Assembly (NCBI GenBank): GCA_032718475.1 | Contig: JAUCBJ010008887.1 | Coordinates: 259-64,258, forward strand | Length of the DNA: 64,000 nucleotides | Direction: 5' to 3' | Source of the DNA: Nemertoderma westbladi | Taxonomy: Eukaryota > Animalia > Xenacoelomorpha | Part shown: positions 49,334-62,845 of the stretch, piece after piece | Position numbering within the stretch: the stretch's first letter is position 1 | How the letters are laid out: each line of letters starts with the position of its first letter | The notes under the pieces: model-generated | Seen by the model: the letters and a program-made list of their open reading frames with translations, nothing else | Told to the model about the DNA's origin: nothing | Databases searched by the model: none | Made by a program: the position numbers and the translations under genes

Positions 49334-50128
49334 TGTAAAAGCTTTTGCGGTTATACATGCGGTTATATATTTCCGCAAGGTACCGTTATAGGTGTTTTAA
49401 CGGACATAAAAGTCATTCTTCTATATGCGTGCTTTGGCGGACATGGTAAGGCAAAAAACCCGCAATGCACCAAATACCCTGGCACAGCTTAGCCTTGATG
49501 ATTCAGATTACGACATCTAACAGCTGGTTGCTGACATGGAAACGGCCATTGGACACATGGTTCTTTGTTTAGCTTAACAGCCAATCAGAGCGATTTTTTC
49601 TGTCGATGTGGAGATATTTTGGCCGATCGTGCTAGGAGTGTTCAGTCTTACTGTTTTTCTTGATACTGTTGTGTTGTTTCTATCTAGGCCAGGAACACCG
49701 GCTCTAGAGTCAATTCGTTTTTCATACTTTAGAAGAAACATTAGTAGGCTTAAATTATAGAGCGTATAACTGTTATCATAACATAACAATCAGTGCAACT
49801 CAGTTCAGTCTTACATTATCGGTTCAACATACATTATTATACTGCTATTTACTGTTGTCATATTTTGTATCAGTTGGTTGAATATTATTTGGAGAACATC
49901 TATAAAGAACCCAAATTTCCCAATTTTCTTGATACACTACAGGTTAGAGAGACGGGTTACATATAGCGATTGCGACTTATATTATTGTGGTTTGTAGTGA
50001 ATTTAATGCTATTTGATAAGCACTACATGAGTCAGTTGCTGTTCTCTTTATATATGATCGGCAAATTAGTGAGCAGTATTGTGTGTTACCGGTAGTGAAA
50101 CTGCTAAAGGTCTTCAAAAGCGCGTACA
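49334..50128 (+). repeat. 3' LTR of element C, with an internal ~390-bp deletion
   Basis: The junction CCGGTAGTG|AAACTGCTAAAGG joins positions equivalent to ~34387 and ~34777. Confidence 0.93.
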
Positions 50129-50291
50129 TGTAACATTTATAAAAAAAATAGCAAAAACTAGCCAGTATAAAAAATCTGGTCAATTGGCACCCAAGGTGTA
50201 CTAATGCCATTAAAATTGCAATATATTTTTTATGGTGTTTTCACAACAATATATACAGTACCGGTAGCTAAAAATATTAATAATATTTTTA

Positions 50292-51281
50292 GGGTGCATG
50301 TAAAGAGCGGACTGCGGACTGTGGACTGCGGATAGCCAAAATCCACGCGGTCAATTTAAATTATCGACTTCCAAACTAAGAATCCGTTCTTTGTTGTCTG
50401 GACAAATGGCGGACTGAAGCCGGTAAATTGTAACCTGATTGGCTCAATCATTTACATAGGCTGAAAGGGAACTTAAAGAATGAATCATCCCATTGCAGCA
50501 TTGGCTTTTAAATGTTTACCATTGCGCAACAAGGATAACAGGTACATAACAAGTATAACAAGTAATACAGGAAATAATTATCCTATACAGTAATTACGTG
50601 GACTGTTGATTAAGGGGCTACTACAGTACTAGTGGCGAACCTATACCTACTGAGGACTAGTGGCGAACCTATACCTCTACTGTAAATACAGTAGTAGGCT
50701 AATCAGGTAATATTTTCCTAAACTTTCACATCAAGACACTCTCATCTTACGTAAGCCTGGATGTATTATAGTAAGTTTAGTTTTGGACGTTTAAGAATAG
50801 GCCTACTACACGTGCAATACGGCCGCCATCGATTACGTTACTTATTATAGGTACTTAGTTTTAGTTTGAATTAATCGAAAACTTCAACCGGCTGACCAGT
50901 CCAGTAGCCGGTAGGCCAACAGTACATGCCTGCTGCACGGCAGCTTAATTGATACCGCACCGGTAGTCCTACTTAATTACTTGCAGTATAATTATACTGT
51001 AGCAATGTTGGAATATTGTTTGTGTTTCCATCTCTATGCTGCTATGTGTCACAATGAAAACATTTAAGCCAATAAGAGGATTCAGGAAAGTTCCCTTTGG
51101 GCCTATGTAAATGATTGAGCCAATCAGGTTACAATTTTCTGGCTTCAGTCCGCCGTTTGTCCAGACAACAAAGAGCGGATTCTTACATTATAATGCTATA
51201 ATTCAAATTGACCGCGCATATTTGGGCTTTTAATTGACAATCCGCAGTCCGTAGTCCGCAGTCCGCTCTTTACATGCACCC
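50292..51281. mobile_element. Mutator (MULE)-type non-autonomous element
   Basis: Imperfect ~200-bp TIRs starting GGGTGCATGTAAAGAGCGGACTGCGGAC, with a 9-bp TSD ATATTTTTA/ATGTTTTTA. Confidence 0.85.
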
Positions 51282-51907
51282 ATGTTTTTAGACATTTTAG
51301 GTATTTTTAAAACACTAGCTCCTAATAAAGACACTAGCTACCAATCAAACCACAGTACCACTAAACCAATGTTAGCCATCCATATTCAAGAAAAAAATTC
51401 AAAAAAAGGCTGTGGAAGGATAGGAACTAATTATTCATCAAAGTTGGTCAAAAATGGTCACACAAGCTATAGAAGTGCAAAAATATATTGTTCTAGAACC
51501 GTAATTTTCCAAATAAATATCAAACTTATTGTGGTAATGTTGAACAAATAATATTAGTAAATAATTAAGAATACGAATCCTGTTAGGCCTACATAATGTT
51601 ACCCGGTAATATTATTGTTTCGTTGTGTTACTGGTATAATTTTAATTACAGTACCAGAATGTTAATTGTTTAAGTTGTCATAACAACTGATACAAGTTGT
51701 ACTCACACATAAATTTTGATGAATGCTGAAAATACTCAGCGATAGTATCAGTATCAAACTCACAATACATGCAAGGACCGTTCACAGTTCATTAACGCGA
51801 GCAACTTGGGGGGGTGTTAATAATTCGGAATTATCGCCTTTGAGAAACCGGACCCAGTTTAACCTTCGACCTCGACACTCTCCAGAAACGGGAGTAGTAG
51901 GAGTTTG

Positions 51908-52197
51908 GGCGGCTTTGCAACAGTTATACTTAACTGATACCCATTGGGTGTCATATGACACCCAATGACACCCTATGGGTGTCATTGGGTTCATTGGCGC
52001 CTGACTGTCTGGGTGAACCTCCTAATTAGGCTAATTAGACCCTAATTGACAGGTGTCATCAATTAATTAGTACAATTAAACCCTAATAGGTGTCTTATGA
52101 CACTTATTAGGGTGTAATTGATTATCCTAATTAATCAGACTGATTAGCGCCCTGACACCCAATGGTTTCAGTGATGTCCAACTGTCACAAAGCCGCC
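51908..52197. mobile_element. Small palindromic MITE-like element
   Basis: Imperfect ~45-bp TIR (GGCGGCTTTG..ACAGTT..CCATTGGGTGTCA) and an internal perfect 26-bp palindrome at 51942-51967. Confidence 0.6.
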
Positions 52198-53204
52198 TAA
52201 GTGGTGTCATTAAGTGACACCTCTCCCCTTTTATTTATTGGTATTGATTTATTGGTATTTATTTTTATTTAAATAATTGTATTCATTTTACTTTATTTAA
52301 TTGTATTACTTTATTTAATTTATAAATTGATTTCTAATATTAGAATTATCAATAACTCGTTTTATTTATCAATACTTCCTGTCTACCTTATAATCCATTG
52401 GACAAGTTTCAGCTCGCTCCCCATATCTCGCCCTAGGGTATACAGGTCCTTGACTAGTGACTATTGAAGTTAATGTTAGCGAGGGGATTAACTTAAAGCA
52501 TAAAGTTGCATGCAAGCTATCGTCTAGGTTACACATGAATGAACAATTTACAAGGCCGGCCATTTATAGATTCTTTGCTGCTGTGTCAGGATTGGCTATT
52601 TAAGGAGGCCTTTTGGGCCCCAACATTCCAAGTTACTATTAATTAGCCTTGACCAAGAAAACATCCCATTGATTCATTTTAAAGTTTACTGTTTAATTAA
52701 AGAAGGCCCTGTTTTAATACATAAGTTATATGGTATATTATCAATTTATTTAATTTGTTTTTTTTATTTACAGCCCTAATTGTTCTATTATTATTTATGT
52801 TTTATTATATTTGTCAATCTATAACTTGTTAATTTTTATTAATTTTCTATGCATTGAGGTTTTCGTGGGCGCGGTTTCCCTACTCTCGAAACGATCTAAC
52901 CTATAATTAATTACATAAGTCTGTTAGGCATGCTTAATTAACAAATCTCGTTTACCTTTTATCCGTAAAATCTATCAAGCTAAATTGCATACAATTTTTA
53001 TGGGGGGCGAGGTATGAGGCAAGATGTTTGAGACTTATTTAGGCACATTATTACACCATTTTGTACCCTCAATCTACCATTCACTCCCATTCAACCTTTC
53101 GTCCTATCTTTTACTAGACCTCAATGTTTGAAAATATAACCTCAGAATTCTTGTCTGAGGCAGCCCTAAGTCTCGGATTTAAGGCCAGAGGCAGCCCTAA
53201 AAGC

Positions 53205-56200
53205 GTAACCTCCTCACTTGTAACCTCCTCACTTGTAACCTCCTTACTTGTAACCCCGCCCTTACTCGTAACCTCCTCACTTGGAACCTTCTCATTCGTA
53301 ACCCCCTCAGTCGTAGCCTCCTCACTTGTAACATCTTCCCCTTGTGACCCCTCACTCGTAACCTCCTCACTTGTAGCCTCCTCACTTGTAGCCTCCTCAC
53401 TTGTAGCCTCCACACTTGTAACCTCCTCACTTGTAGCCTCCATACTTGTAACCTCCTAACTTGTAGCCTACATACTTGTAACCTCCTCACTTGTAACCTC
53501 CTCCCCCACTTGTAGCCTCCTCACTTGTAGCCTCATCACTTGTAACCTCCTCACTTGTAGCCTCCACACTTGTAACCTCCTCACTTGTAGCCTCCTCACT
53601 TGTAACCTCCTCCCTCACTCGTAACCTCCTCACTTGTAGCCTCCTCACTCGTAACCTCCGCACTTGTAGCCTCCTCACTTGTAACCTCCTCACTTGTAAC
53701 CTCCTCACTCGTAACATCCTCACTTGTAGCCTCCTCACTCGTAACCTCCTCACTTGTAGCCTCCTCACTTGTAACCTCCTCATTTGTAACCTCCTCACTC
53801 GTAACCTCCTCACTTGTAACCTCCTCACTTGTAGCCTCCTCACTTGTAACCTCCTCACTTGTAACCTCCTCACTTGTAACCTCCACATTTCTAACATCCT
53901 CACTTGTAGCCTCCTGACTTGTAACCTCCTCACTCGTAACCTCCTCACTCCTAACCTCCTCACTTGTAGCCTCCTCACTCGTAACCTCCTCACTTGTAGC
54001 CTCCTCACTTGTAACCTCCTCACTTGTAACCTCCTCACTCGTAACCTCCTCACTTGTAGCCTCCTCACTTGTAACCTCCTCACTTGTAACCTCCTCACTC
54101 GTAACATCCTCACTTGTAGCCTCCTCACTCGTAACCTCCTCACTTGTAGCCTCCTCACTTGTAACCTCCTCATTTGTAACCTCCTCACTCGTAACCTCCT
54201 CACTTGTAACCTCCTCACTTGTAGCCTCCACATTTCTAACCTCCTCACTTGTAGCCTCCTGACTTGTAACCTCCTCACTCGTAACCTCCTCACTCCTAAC
54301 CTCCTCACTTGTAGCCTCCACACTCGTAACCTCCACACTTGTAACCTCCTCACTTGTAACCTCCTCCCTCACTCGTAACCTCCTCACTTGTAGCCTCCTC
54401 ACTCGTAACCTCCTCACTTGTAGCCTCCTCACTTGTAACCTCCTCACTTGTAACCTCCTCACTCGTAACATCCTCACTTGTAGCCTCCTCACTCGTAACC
54501 TCCTCACTTGTAGCCTCCTCACTTGTAACCTCCTCACTTGTATCCTCCTCATTTGTAACCTCCTCACTCGTAACCTCCTCACTTGTAACCTCCTCACTTG
54601 TAGCCTCCTCACTTGTAACCTCCTCACTCGTAACCTCCTCACTTGTAGCCTCCTCACTTGTAACCTCCTCACTTGTAGCCTCCTCACTCGTAACCTCCTC
54701 ACTTGTAGCCTCCTCACTTGTAACCTCCTCACTTGTATCCTCCTCATTTGTAACCTCCTCACTCGTAACCTCCTCACTTGTAACCTCCTCACTTGTAGCC
54801 TCCTCACTTGTAGCCTCCTCACTCGTAACCTCCTCACTTGTAGCCTCCACATTTCTAACCTCCTCACTTGTAGCCTCCTGACTTGTAACCTCCTCACTCG
54901 TAACCTCCTCACTCCTAACCTCCTCACTTGTAGCCTCCACACTCGTAACCTCCACACTTGTAACCTCCTCACTTGTAGCCTCCACATTTCTAACCTCCTC
55001 ACTTGTAGCCTCCTGACTTGTAACCTCCTCACTTGTAACCTCCTCACTCCTAACCTCCTCACTTGTAGCCTCCACACTCGTAACCTCCACACTTGTAACC
55101 TCCTCACTTGTAACCTCCTCCCTCACTCGTAACCTCCTCACTTGTAGCCTCCTCACTCGTAACCTCCTCACTTGTAGCCTCCTCACTTGTAACCTCCTCA
55201 CTTGTAACCTCCTCACTCGTAACATCCTCACTTGTAGCCTCCTCACTCGTAACCTCCTCACTTGTAGCCTCCACACTTGTAACCTCCTCACTCGTAACCT
55301 CCTCACTCGTAACATCCTCACTTGTAGCCTCCTCACTCGTAACCTCCTCACTTGTAGCCTCCACACTTGTAACCTCCTCACTCGTAACCTCCTCACTCGT
55401 AACCTCCTCCCTCACTCGTAACCTCCTCACTTGTAGCCTCCTCACTCGTAACCTCCTCACTTGTAGCCTCCTCACTTGTAACCTCCTCACTTGTAACCTC
55501 CTCACTCGTAACCTCCTCACTCCTAACCTCCTCACTTGTAGCCTCCACACTCGTAACCTCCACACTTGTAACCTCCTCACTTGTAACCTCCTCCCTCACT
55601 CGTAACCTCCTCACTTGTAGCCTCCTCACTCGTAACCTCCTCACTTGTAGCCTCCTCACTTGTAACCTCCTCACTTGTAACCTCCTCACTCGTAACATCC
55701 TCACTTGTAGCCTCCTCACTCGTAACCTCCTCACTTGTAGCCTCCACACTTGTAACCTCCTCACTCGTAACCTCCTCACTCGTAACATCCTCACTTGTAG
55801 CCTCCTCACTCGTAACCTCCTCACTTGTAGCCTCCACACTTGTAACCTCCTCACTCGTAACCTCCTCACTCGTAACCTCCTCCCTCACTCGTAACCTCCT
55901 CACTTGTAGCCTCCTCACTCGTAACCTCCTCACTTGTAGCCTCCTCACTTGTAACCTCCTCACTTGTAACCTCCTCACTCGTAACCTCCTCACTTGTAAC
56001 CTCCTCACTTGTAACCTCCTCACTCGTAACCTCCTCACTTGTAACCTCCTCACTCGTAACCTCCTCACTTGTAGCCTCCTCACTTGTAACCTCCTCACTT
56101 GTAACCTCCTCACTCGTAACATCCTCACTTGTAGCCTCCTCACTCGTAACCTCCTCACTTGTAGCCTCCTCACTTGTAACCTCCTCACTTGTATCCTCCT

Positions 56201-57228
56201 CATTTGTAACCTCCTCACTCGTAACCTCCTCACTTGTAACCTCCTCACTTGTAGCCTCCTCACTTGTAGCCTCCTCACTCGTAACCTCCTCACTTGTAGC
56301 CTCCTCACTTGTAACCTCCTCACTTGTAACCTCCTCACTCGTAACATCCTCACTTGTAGCCTCCTCACTCGTAACCTCCTCACTTGTAGCCTCCTCACTT
56401 GTAACCTCCTCACTTGTATCCTCCTCATTTGTAACCTCCTCACTCGTAACCTCCTCACTTGTAACCTCCTCACTTGTAACCTCCTCACTCGTAACCTCCT
56501 CACTTGTAGCCTCCTCACTTGTAACCTCCTCACTTGTAACCTCCTCACTTGTAACCTCCTCACTCGTAACCTCCTCACTTGTAGCCTCCTCACTTGTAAC
56601 CTCCTCACTTGTATCCTCCTCATTTGTAACCTCCTCACTCGTAACCTCCTCACTTGTAACCTCCTCACTTGTAGCCTCCTCACTTGTAACCTCCTCACTT
56701 GTAACCTCCTCACTCGTAACATCCTCACTTGTAGCCTCCTCACTCGTAACCTCCTCACTTGTAGCCTCCTCACTTGTAACCTCCTCACTTGTATCCTCCT
56801 CATTTGTAACCTCCTCACTCGTAACCTCCTCACTTGTAACCTCCTCACTTGTAGCCTCCTCACTTGTAACCTCCTCACTCGTAACCTCCTCACTTGTAGC
56901 CTCCTCACTCGTAACCTCCTCACTTGTAGCCTCCTCACTTGTAACCTCCTCATTTGTAACCTCCTCACTCGTAACCTCCTCGCTTGTAACCTCCTCACTT
57001 GTAGCCTCCTCACTTGTAACCTCCTCACTTGTAACCTCCTCACTTGTAACCTCCACATTTCTAACCTCCTCACTTGTAGCCTCCTGACTTGTAACCTCCT
57101 CACTCGTAACCTCCTCACTCCTAACCTCCTCACTTGTAGCCTCCTCACTTGTAACCTCCTCCCTCACTTGTAACCTCCTCACTCGTAACCTCCTCACTTG
57201 TAACCCCCCTCACTTTAACCTCCTCACC
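53205..57228. repeat. 15-bp minisatellite (CCTCCTCACTTGTAA variants), ~4 kb, with higher-order repeats
   Basis: Continuous 15-mer array with recurring 19-bp variant units. Confidence 0.97.
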
Positions 57229-57325
57229 TTTCACTATCAGACTAATTATGAGGGCTTTGTGTCAAAAATAAGGTTTTAATTAACTAATATTTTTGAGATG
57301 AGGTTTGTTATTGTTCTAATTTTCT

Positions 57326-57545
57326 AATCAGAAGGTCGCGAGTTCGAGCCCTAGAAAAACAATATTATTTTTCCTGGATCTGCATTGACTCTAGAGTACA
57401 CTAGCTTCGACCCTCTCAGCTATAGTGAGAGCCTATCATTTGTTGAGAGAGTAAACAAACGGATCGAATAGTGATAGTATGCAACCTTGGGAGTTAATGC
57501 GCTGTCTTATGAGTAAAAGCCAAGAGATTAGATTTCGTTGCTTAT
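57326..57545 (+). mobile_element. Possible tRNA-derived SINE fragment
   Basis: TAATCAGAAGGTCGCGAGTTCGAGCCC resembles a tRNA variable/T arm with a B box. There is no A box and no cloverleaf. Confidence 0.35.
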
Positions 57546-59138
57546 GTTGGTTCACTCCTCTTAACTTTACAATAGAGTTTGCTAGCGCTGGTTTTAATCA
57601 AATTAAAGACCCTACAGTATAAATTTTGTGCTAAACCAGATACTTTAGATGCTGAGGGGGAATCTGGTTTGCATTTGATAACTTGATTAGTGAGTATATC
57701 TACATTTGGTAGTTTGTGTGGTGTTATCTCACCTCGCGAGTAACCGACAAGATAGAGGATTAAATGACTTAAAGTTAAAATGATCTAAAGTTAAGTTATA
57801 CGCGTGTTCAATAAAAACCACAAGGAATCGGGGACTCGCATCATTGATATTGAAGAAGGACTCCCGTCATATCCTATAAGTTCTCGCGCGAAATTTCGCA
57901 ACCCGTGATTTAGCTCACAATGGAATGTTGCTGCTAAATATGAAAGCTATACCAACGAATGAGAGATTGTGTGGTCGTTTCAATTGTGATTTAAATATTC
58001 CACCATCTATACTGTGCACCTCGTCTCAACAGCTCATGTTGTTACAACAGGTACGGTAATAATTATTATTTCATTTAATTATTATTAATTTTTTAATTCG
58101 CAGTGAAATATGGTGTGAAAAAGGAAATCCATACCGTGTTTCACTAAATATGTCCAAATGTTTCCTTTTTATGAGAATTGAGGGAAGGGGGATCCAGATC
58201 AAAAAATTGCGGCATTTGTTCCAATAAATATATTGGCAACTGTCGTGTTTAATAGAAAGCTTGAATTCTTAATAGAATACATTACAGAGTTTATTTTTCA
58301 GTGACGGATTTAGGGATATTGGGTCATGCCCCCCCCCCCCCCCCCTTCCCCTCATAATAAGGGCGCAGCCACGGGAGAGGTGTGGACATGGGAACGCTAT
58401 ATCATATGTCCAGTCCACAGCACTCCAGAGTACAGTTTAAAGCCTCCCTAACCAGGCCGGAAATCCAAAGCCAGGGCGATATCAACCACATCCTTTATTT
58501 AGGCTGGTGAGATTACTATGTAGGAAGTCCAATTGTTAGTACAAACTACACAATACAGAATGGTCATTAGCGGTGTGGTTGCCATCCAAGCAATGCGAAT
58601 ATTTTTTATAAAAATATTAATATTATATCTTATAAGAATAAATAATGTATCATAATTTTAATTTATATATTTGTGGCAAATATATTAAATATATTAATCA
58701 AATAGTTGTGGCAAGTTTTTTACAATATGTGCTTTGATAAATTGAAATATTGAGCATCCGCCTCTGTTAATTATATATTTTCTCCGCGCATAGATAGGCT
58801 CATCATGTTGTATATGACGAAAACTATAAATTTAATCCAAACCAGCTAAGGCTGTGTTCCCGGATAGTGAGGTCAGCTCATATTTGTTTCATATGGGGAA
58901 GGCGATCAGGGAATGGTTAACAAAACATGGGTAGGCCTACTCTCGTCTCCTGCGTGACAATGGCCGTTTCTTGGAATATATCCGTTTGTTTATAGGTTCC
59001 AGTATGCTTCCGTTAGGAGTTATACAATACTTTTATCAATCATCTTGTTATAAATCCTCCTATCGATCAACCGGATAATGTATTTGCTGCTAGCAATCAC
59101 TTTGGAAACTACTGTACTTTTGTTGGGTATTACATGAG

Positions 59139-60648
59139 GATTCAACCTGCGGCACCCGGACCCATTAAACTAACGGCACCCGGACCCATTCAACTAACGG
59201 CACCTGGACCCATTCAACTAACGGCACCTAGACCCATTCAACCAACAGCACCCGGACCCATTCAACCAACAGGACCCGGGCCCATTCAACCAGTGGCACC
59301 CGGACCCATTCAACCAGCGGCACCCGGACCCATTCAACCAGCGGCACCCGGACCCATTCAACTAACAGCACCTGGACCGGGACCCATTCAACCAACAGCA
59401 CCCGGACCCATTCAACCAGCGGCACCCGGACCCATTCATCCAGCGGCACCCGGACCCATTCAACCAGCGGCACCCGGACCCATTCATCCAGCGGCACCCG
59501 GATCCATTCAACCAACAGCACCCGGACCCATTCAACTAACGGCACCTGGACCGGGACCCATTTAACCAACAGCACCCGGACCCATTCAACCAGCGGCACC
59601 CGGACCCATTCATCCAGCGGTACCCGGACCCATTCAACCAGCGGTACCTGGACCCATTCAACTAACAGCACCCGGACCCATTCAACTAACGGCACCTGGA
59701 CCGGGACCCATTCAACCAACAGCACCCGGACCCATTCAACCAGCGGCACCCGGACCCATTCATCCAGCGGCACCCGGACCCATTCAACCAGCGGCACCCG
59801 GACCCATTCATCCAGCGGCACCCGGATCCATTCAACCAACAGCACCCGGACCCATTCAACTAACGGCACCTGGACCGGGACCCATTCAACCAACAGCACC
59901 CGGACCCATTCAACCAGCGGCACCCGGACCCATTCAACCAGCGGCACCCGGACCCATTCATCCAGCGGCACCCAGACCCATTCAACCAGCGGCACCCGGA
60001 CCCATTCATCCAGCGGCACCCGGACCCATTCAACCAGCGGCACCCGGACCCATTCATCCAGCAGGACCCGGGTCCATTCAACCAACAGCACCCGGACCCA
60101 TTCAACTGACGGCACCTGGACCGGGACCCATTCAACCAACAGCACCCGGACCCATTCAAACAGCGGCACCCGGACCCATTCATCCAGCGGTACCCGGACC
60201 CATTCAACAGCGGTACCTGGACCCATTCAACCAACAGCACCCGGACCCATTCAACTAACGGCACCTGGACCGGGACCCATTCAACCAACAGCACCCGGAC
60301 CCATTCAACCAGCGGCACCCGGACCCATTCAACCAACAGCACCCGGACCCATTCAACCAGCAGCACCCGGACCCATTCAACCAGCGGCACCCGGACCCAT
60401 TCATCCAGCGGTACCCGGACCCATTCAACCAGCGGTACCTGGACCCATTCAACTAACAGCACCCGGACCCATTCAACTAACGGCACCTGGACCGGGACCC
60501 ATTCAACCAACAGCACCCGGACCCATTCAACCAGCGGCACCCGGACCCATTCAACCAGCGGCACCCGGACCCATTCAACTAACAGCACCCGGACCCATTC
60601 AACCAACAGCACCCGGACCCATTCAACAGCAGCACCCAGACCCATTCA
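59139..60648. repeat. 24-bp minisatellite (CCCGGACCCATTCAACCAGCGGCA variants, with 30-bp variant units)
   Basis: About 60 units; reads PGPIQPAA on the + strand. Confidence 0.97.
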
Positions 60649-62226
60649 AAAAATAGTTATAAAACTACTAGTACTGTGTTACATACATTGCATACATACA
60701 TGGCATACATTTAGTAGGCCTATCAATATTCAATAAGAGGATATTATTGGTCGATTTAAATAAATTTAAGCAAAATAATGCAGTTTTGAAACATTATAAA
60801 ACGACAAATAAATATCAATCGAAATAATTCAGCATGGCAAAAATCATTTAAAACGATCAATAATATCACTCGTATTAAATTATTGAAGATTGATACTAAA
60901 TGTATGCCATGGTATAGTAATATATTATTACATTGTACAGTATACTGTACAGTATAGGACTATTAATAAAATTATTATATTATTAATTATATTGAATTAA
61001 TAATGTTTTAAAGTTTGAATGTATTAAGAATACTTGCAGTTTTCGGGCTAAGAATACCCGCGGGCTAAGAATTCAGCCAACCCGAGTTATTGGTATTTCC
61101 ACCATTTCCACACCCACCATTTAGATTATATGTTTGCGTTGTATATTGGTGTTACACAGGTCTATCGTTTCATGTTGCCTATACAGTAGGTGAATGTTGA
61201 TATCTTATATCCTTTATTCATCATGCATTATTATACAACAGTTTAGATAGTTTTATTTTACATTATCTTTATTGCATTTGGAGACCATCAGGATTCACTA
61301 CAGATGAAAAGTACAAGTAAAAAAATGGCCAACTAAAAATGTTGTGTTTGGTTTGATAATTGAAGGTACAGTAAGTTAAAATAAATCGGCAACATTTGAT
61401 TTTTATCAACACGGTCGAGCAACCAGTAAGTAGTCTGTCAAAAGAAATTCCTTTATACTGTAGTATAATTAATTATAAATATAACAAAATTAATTATAAT
61501 TATAAAAATATAAGGCATATTATCATAGAGTTAGGTTAGATCTTTAGACTTTACATCCATATATTCTTATACGTTGATAAGACTTATAAAATAATTATTG
61601 CTATTGAATAATTATTATTAAGATCAAAATAATATACACCCTTTAGGCCTATTGGCAATTCAAAGAGGCTGCCATTTCAGTTTGAATTAGGATTTCGGAC
61701 CGGCACTCTCGAAATCTGTGGTGAAAATGCTCTGGGAGGCATATATATGGCGCTTGGCAAAAATGCCCGGGGGGGGGGGGGGCATTTCGCCTGTGACACC
61801 GGCCAAAAAATGTAGAGTTTGTATTACAATGGTACGGTAAATAGAATAGGCCTAGAGGAGGAATAAGGCATTTATTAACCACGAAACGGGTTGTATGAAT
61901 TGTACTGTACAATATTAAATCACTCAATAATTCTAAAATGTATCTAAATTAAATAGATAAATATAATTAAAGTAAAATAATAACAAATGTCGGTTATAGT
62001 GATTGTGGGTAGTTACAGTAGGTTAAAATTTTGCGTAATACATTATTGTAGAATAGAAGATTTTCAAGCAAGCCAGCCTGCAACTCGAAGTTCTGGGAAA
62101 CTTGACCTCTCTAAACTGTTCAACTGCGATGGTTGTTCAGCGCTTTTCATTGACAAAGCAGCTTTCAATAATCATGCTGCCCAATGCGAATTAGGTGATC
62201 AATCGAGTGATGGGAATGTTTCGGTG

Positions 62227-62774
62227 TGTTAGCTTATTCAATCCCGCTAACCCAAACCCATAAAGTAGGCCGATAAGCAATATTGGGGGCCACGAAATTG
62301 GGTAATCAATCACTCGTGTCACCCCAACAAAATGGGAAGGAGAAACACACAATGAGGGTCAGGGGCCAAACCCCTAACAGAGAGAGAATAGGTGGAGTGA
62401 ACGGGAACACTCCAAAGGGCGCCAACAAGGGTATCAACCAATCAGAGGGGGGAAAGGCATCGGCTAGGTACAGTAACAAGGCCAACCCGTGCAATATAAC
62501 CAGTTGGCAGTAATCATTTCATTCAGTTATCTCAGTGTTAGTTATTGGTGTTACAGTAGTAATAGTTTAGCTAGGGAAGTACCGGGACTTCAATTACCGT
62601 ATCCCGCCTTCCGTATACAACAACGTATTATCCCATTATCATATCTATATCTATATCTATATACCCAAATATTATATACGACGAACAACACAAACTCTTT
62701 TATCTTTCACACACGGCGGGGACGCGTGAACTGACAAACCGGATAAACCGGGATCCTATCTGGATCCCGTCACA
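62227..62774 (+). repeat. 5' LTR of element D
   Basis: TGTTAGC...GTCACA. The predicted left TSD is CGGTG (62222-62226). Confidence 0.93.
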
Positions 62775-62845
62775 GTAATTGAACCAGAGCTGCCGCCCTA
62801 GCTAGTAAACTCAGTGACTACCAGCCACCAACCTATAGAAGAGAG

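Larger units (their letters stand above)
33614..50128 (+). mobile_element. Full-length decayed Bel/Pao LTR retrotransposon (family AC, copy C), 16.5 kb
   Basis: Two LTRs, 5-bp TSD TATAA/TGTAA (33609-33613, 50129-50133), gag-PR-RT-RH-IN order, extra ORF and PPT-like TGGGAGCGG. Confidence 0.95.

Noticed and set aside
53487-57148. Arg-rich (VRRLQ)n ORFs
   Set aside because: Alternative-frame translations of the 15-bp minisatellite.
57326-57356. tRNA gene
   Set aside because: Only a T-arm/B-box-like piece; there is no acceptor stem or D arm.
59228-60645. (VEWVRVPL)n ORFs on the minus strand
   Set aside because: Antisense translations of the 24-bp minisatellite.
61987-62232. Host zinc-finger exon (CDGC...H...C) interrupted by element D
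   Set aside because: A single short motif with no further support in the window.
62775-62790. PBS complementary to a tRNA T-loop (reverse complement contains GGTTCAA)
   Set aside because: Only a short generic resemblance. The collinear pairing with the element's own LTR is longer and recurs in the other family. It is not fully excluded without a tRNA search.
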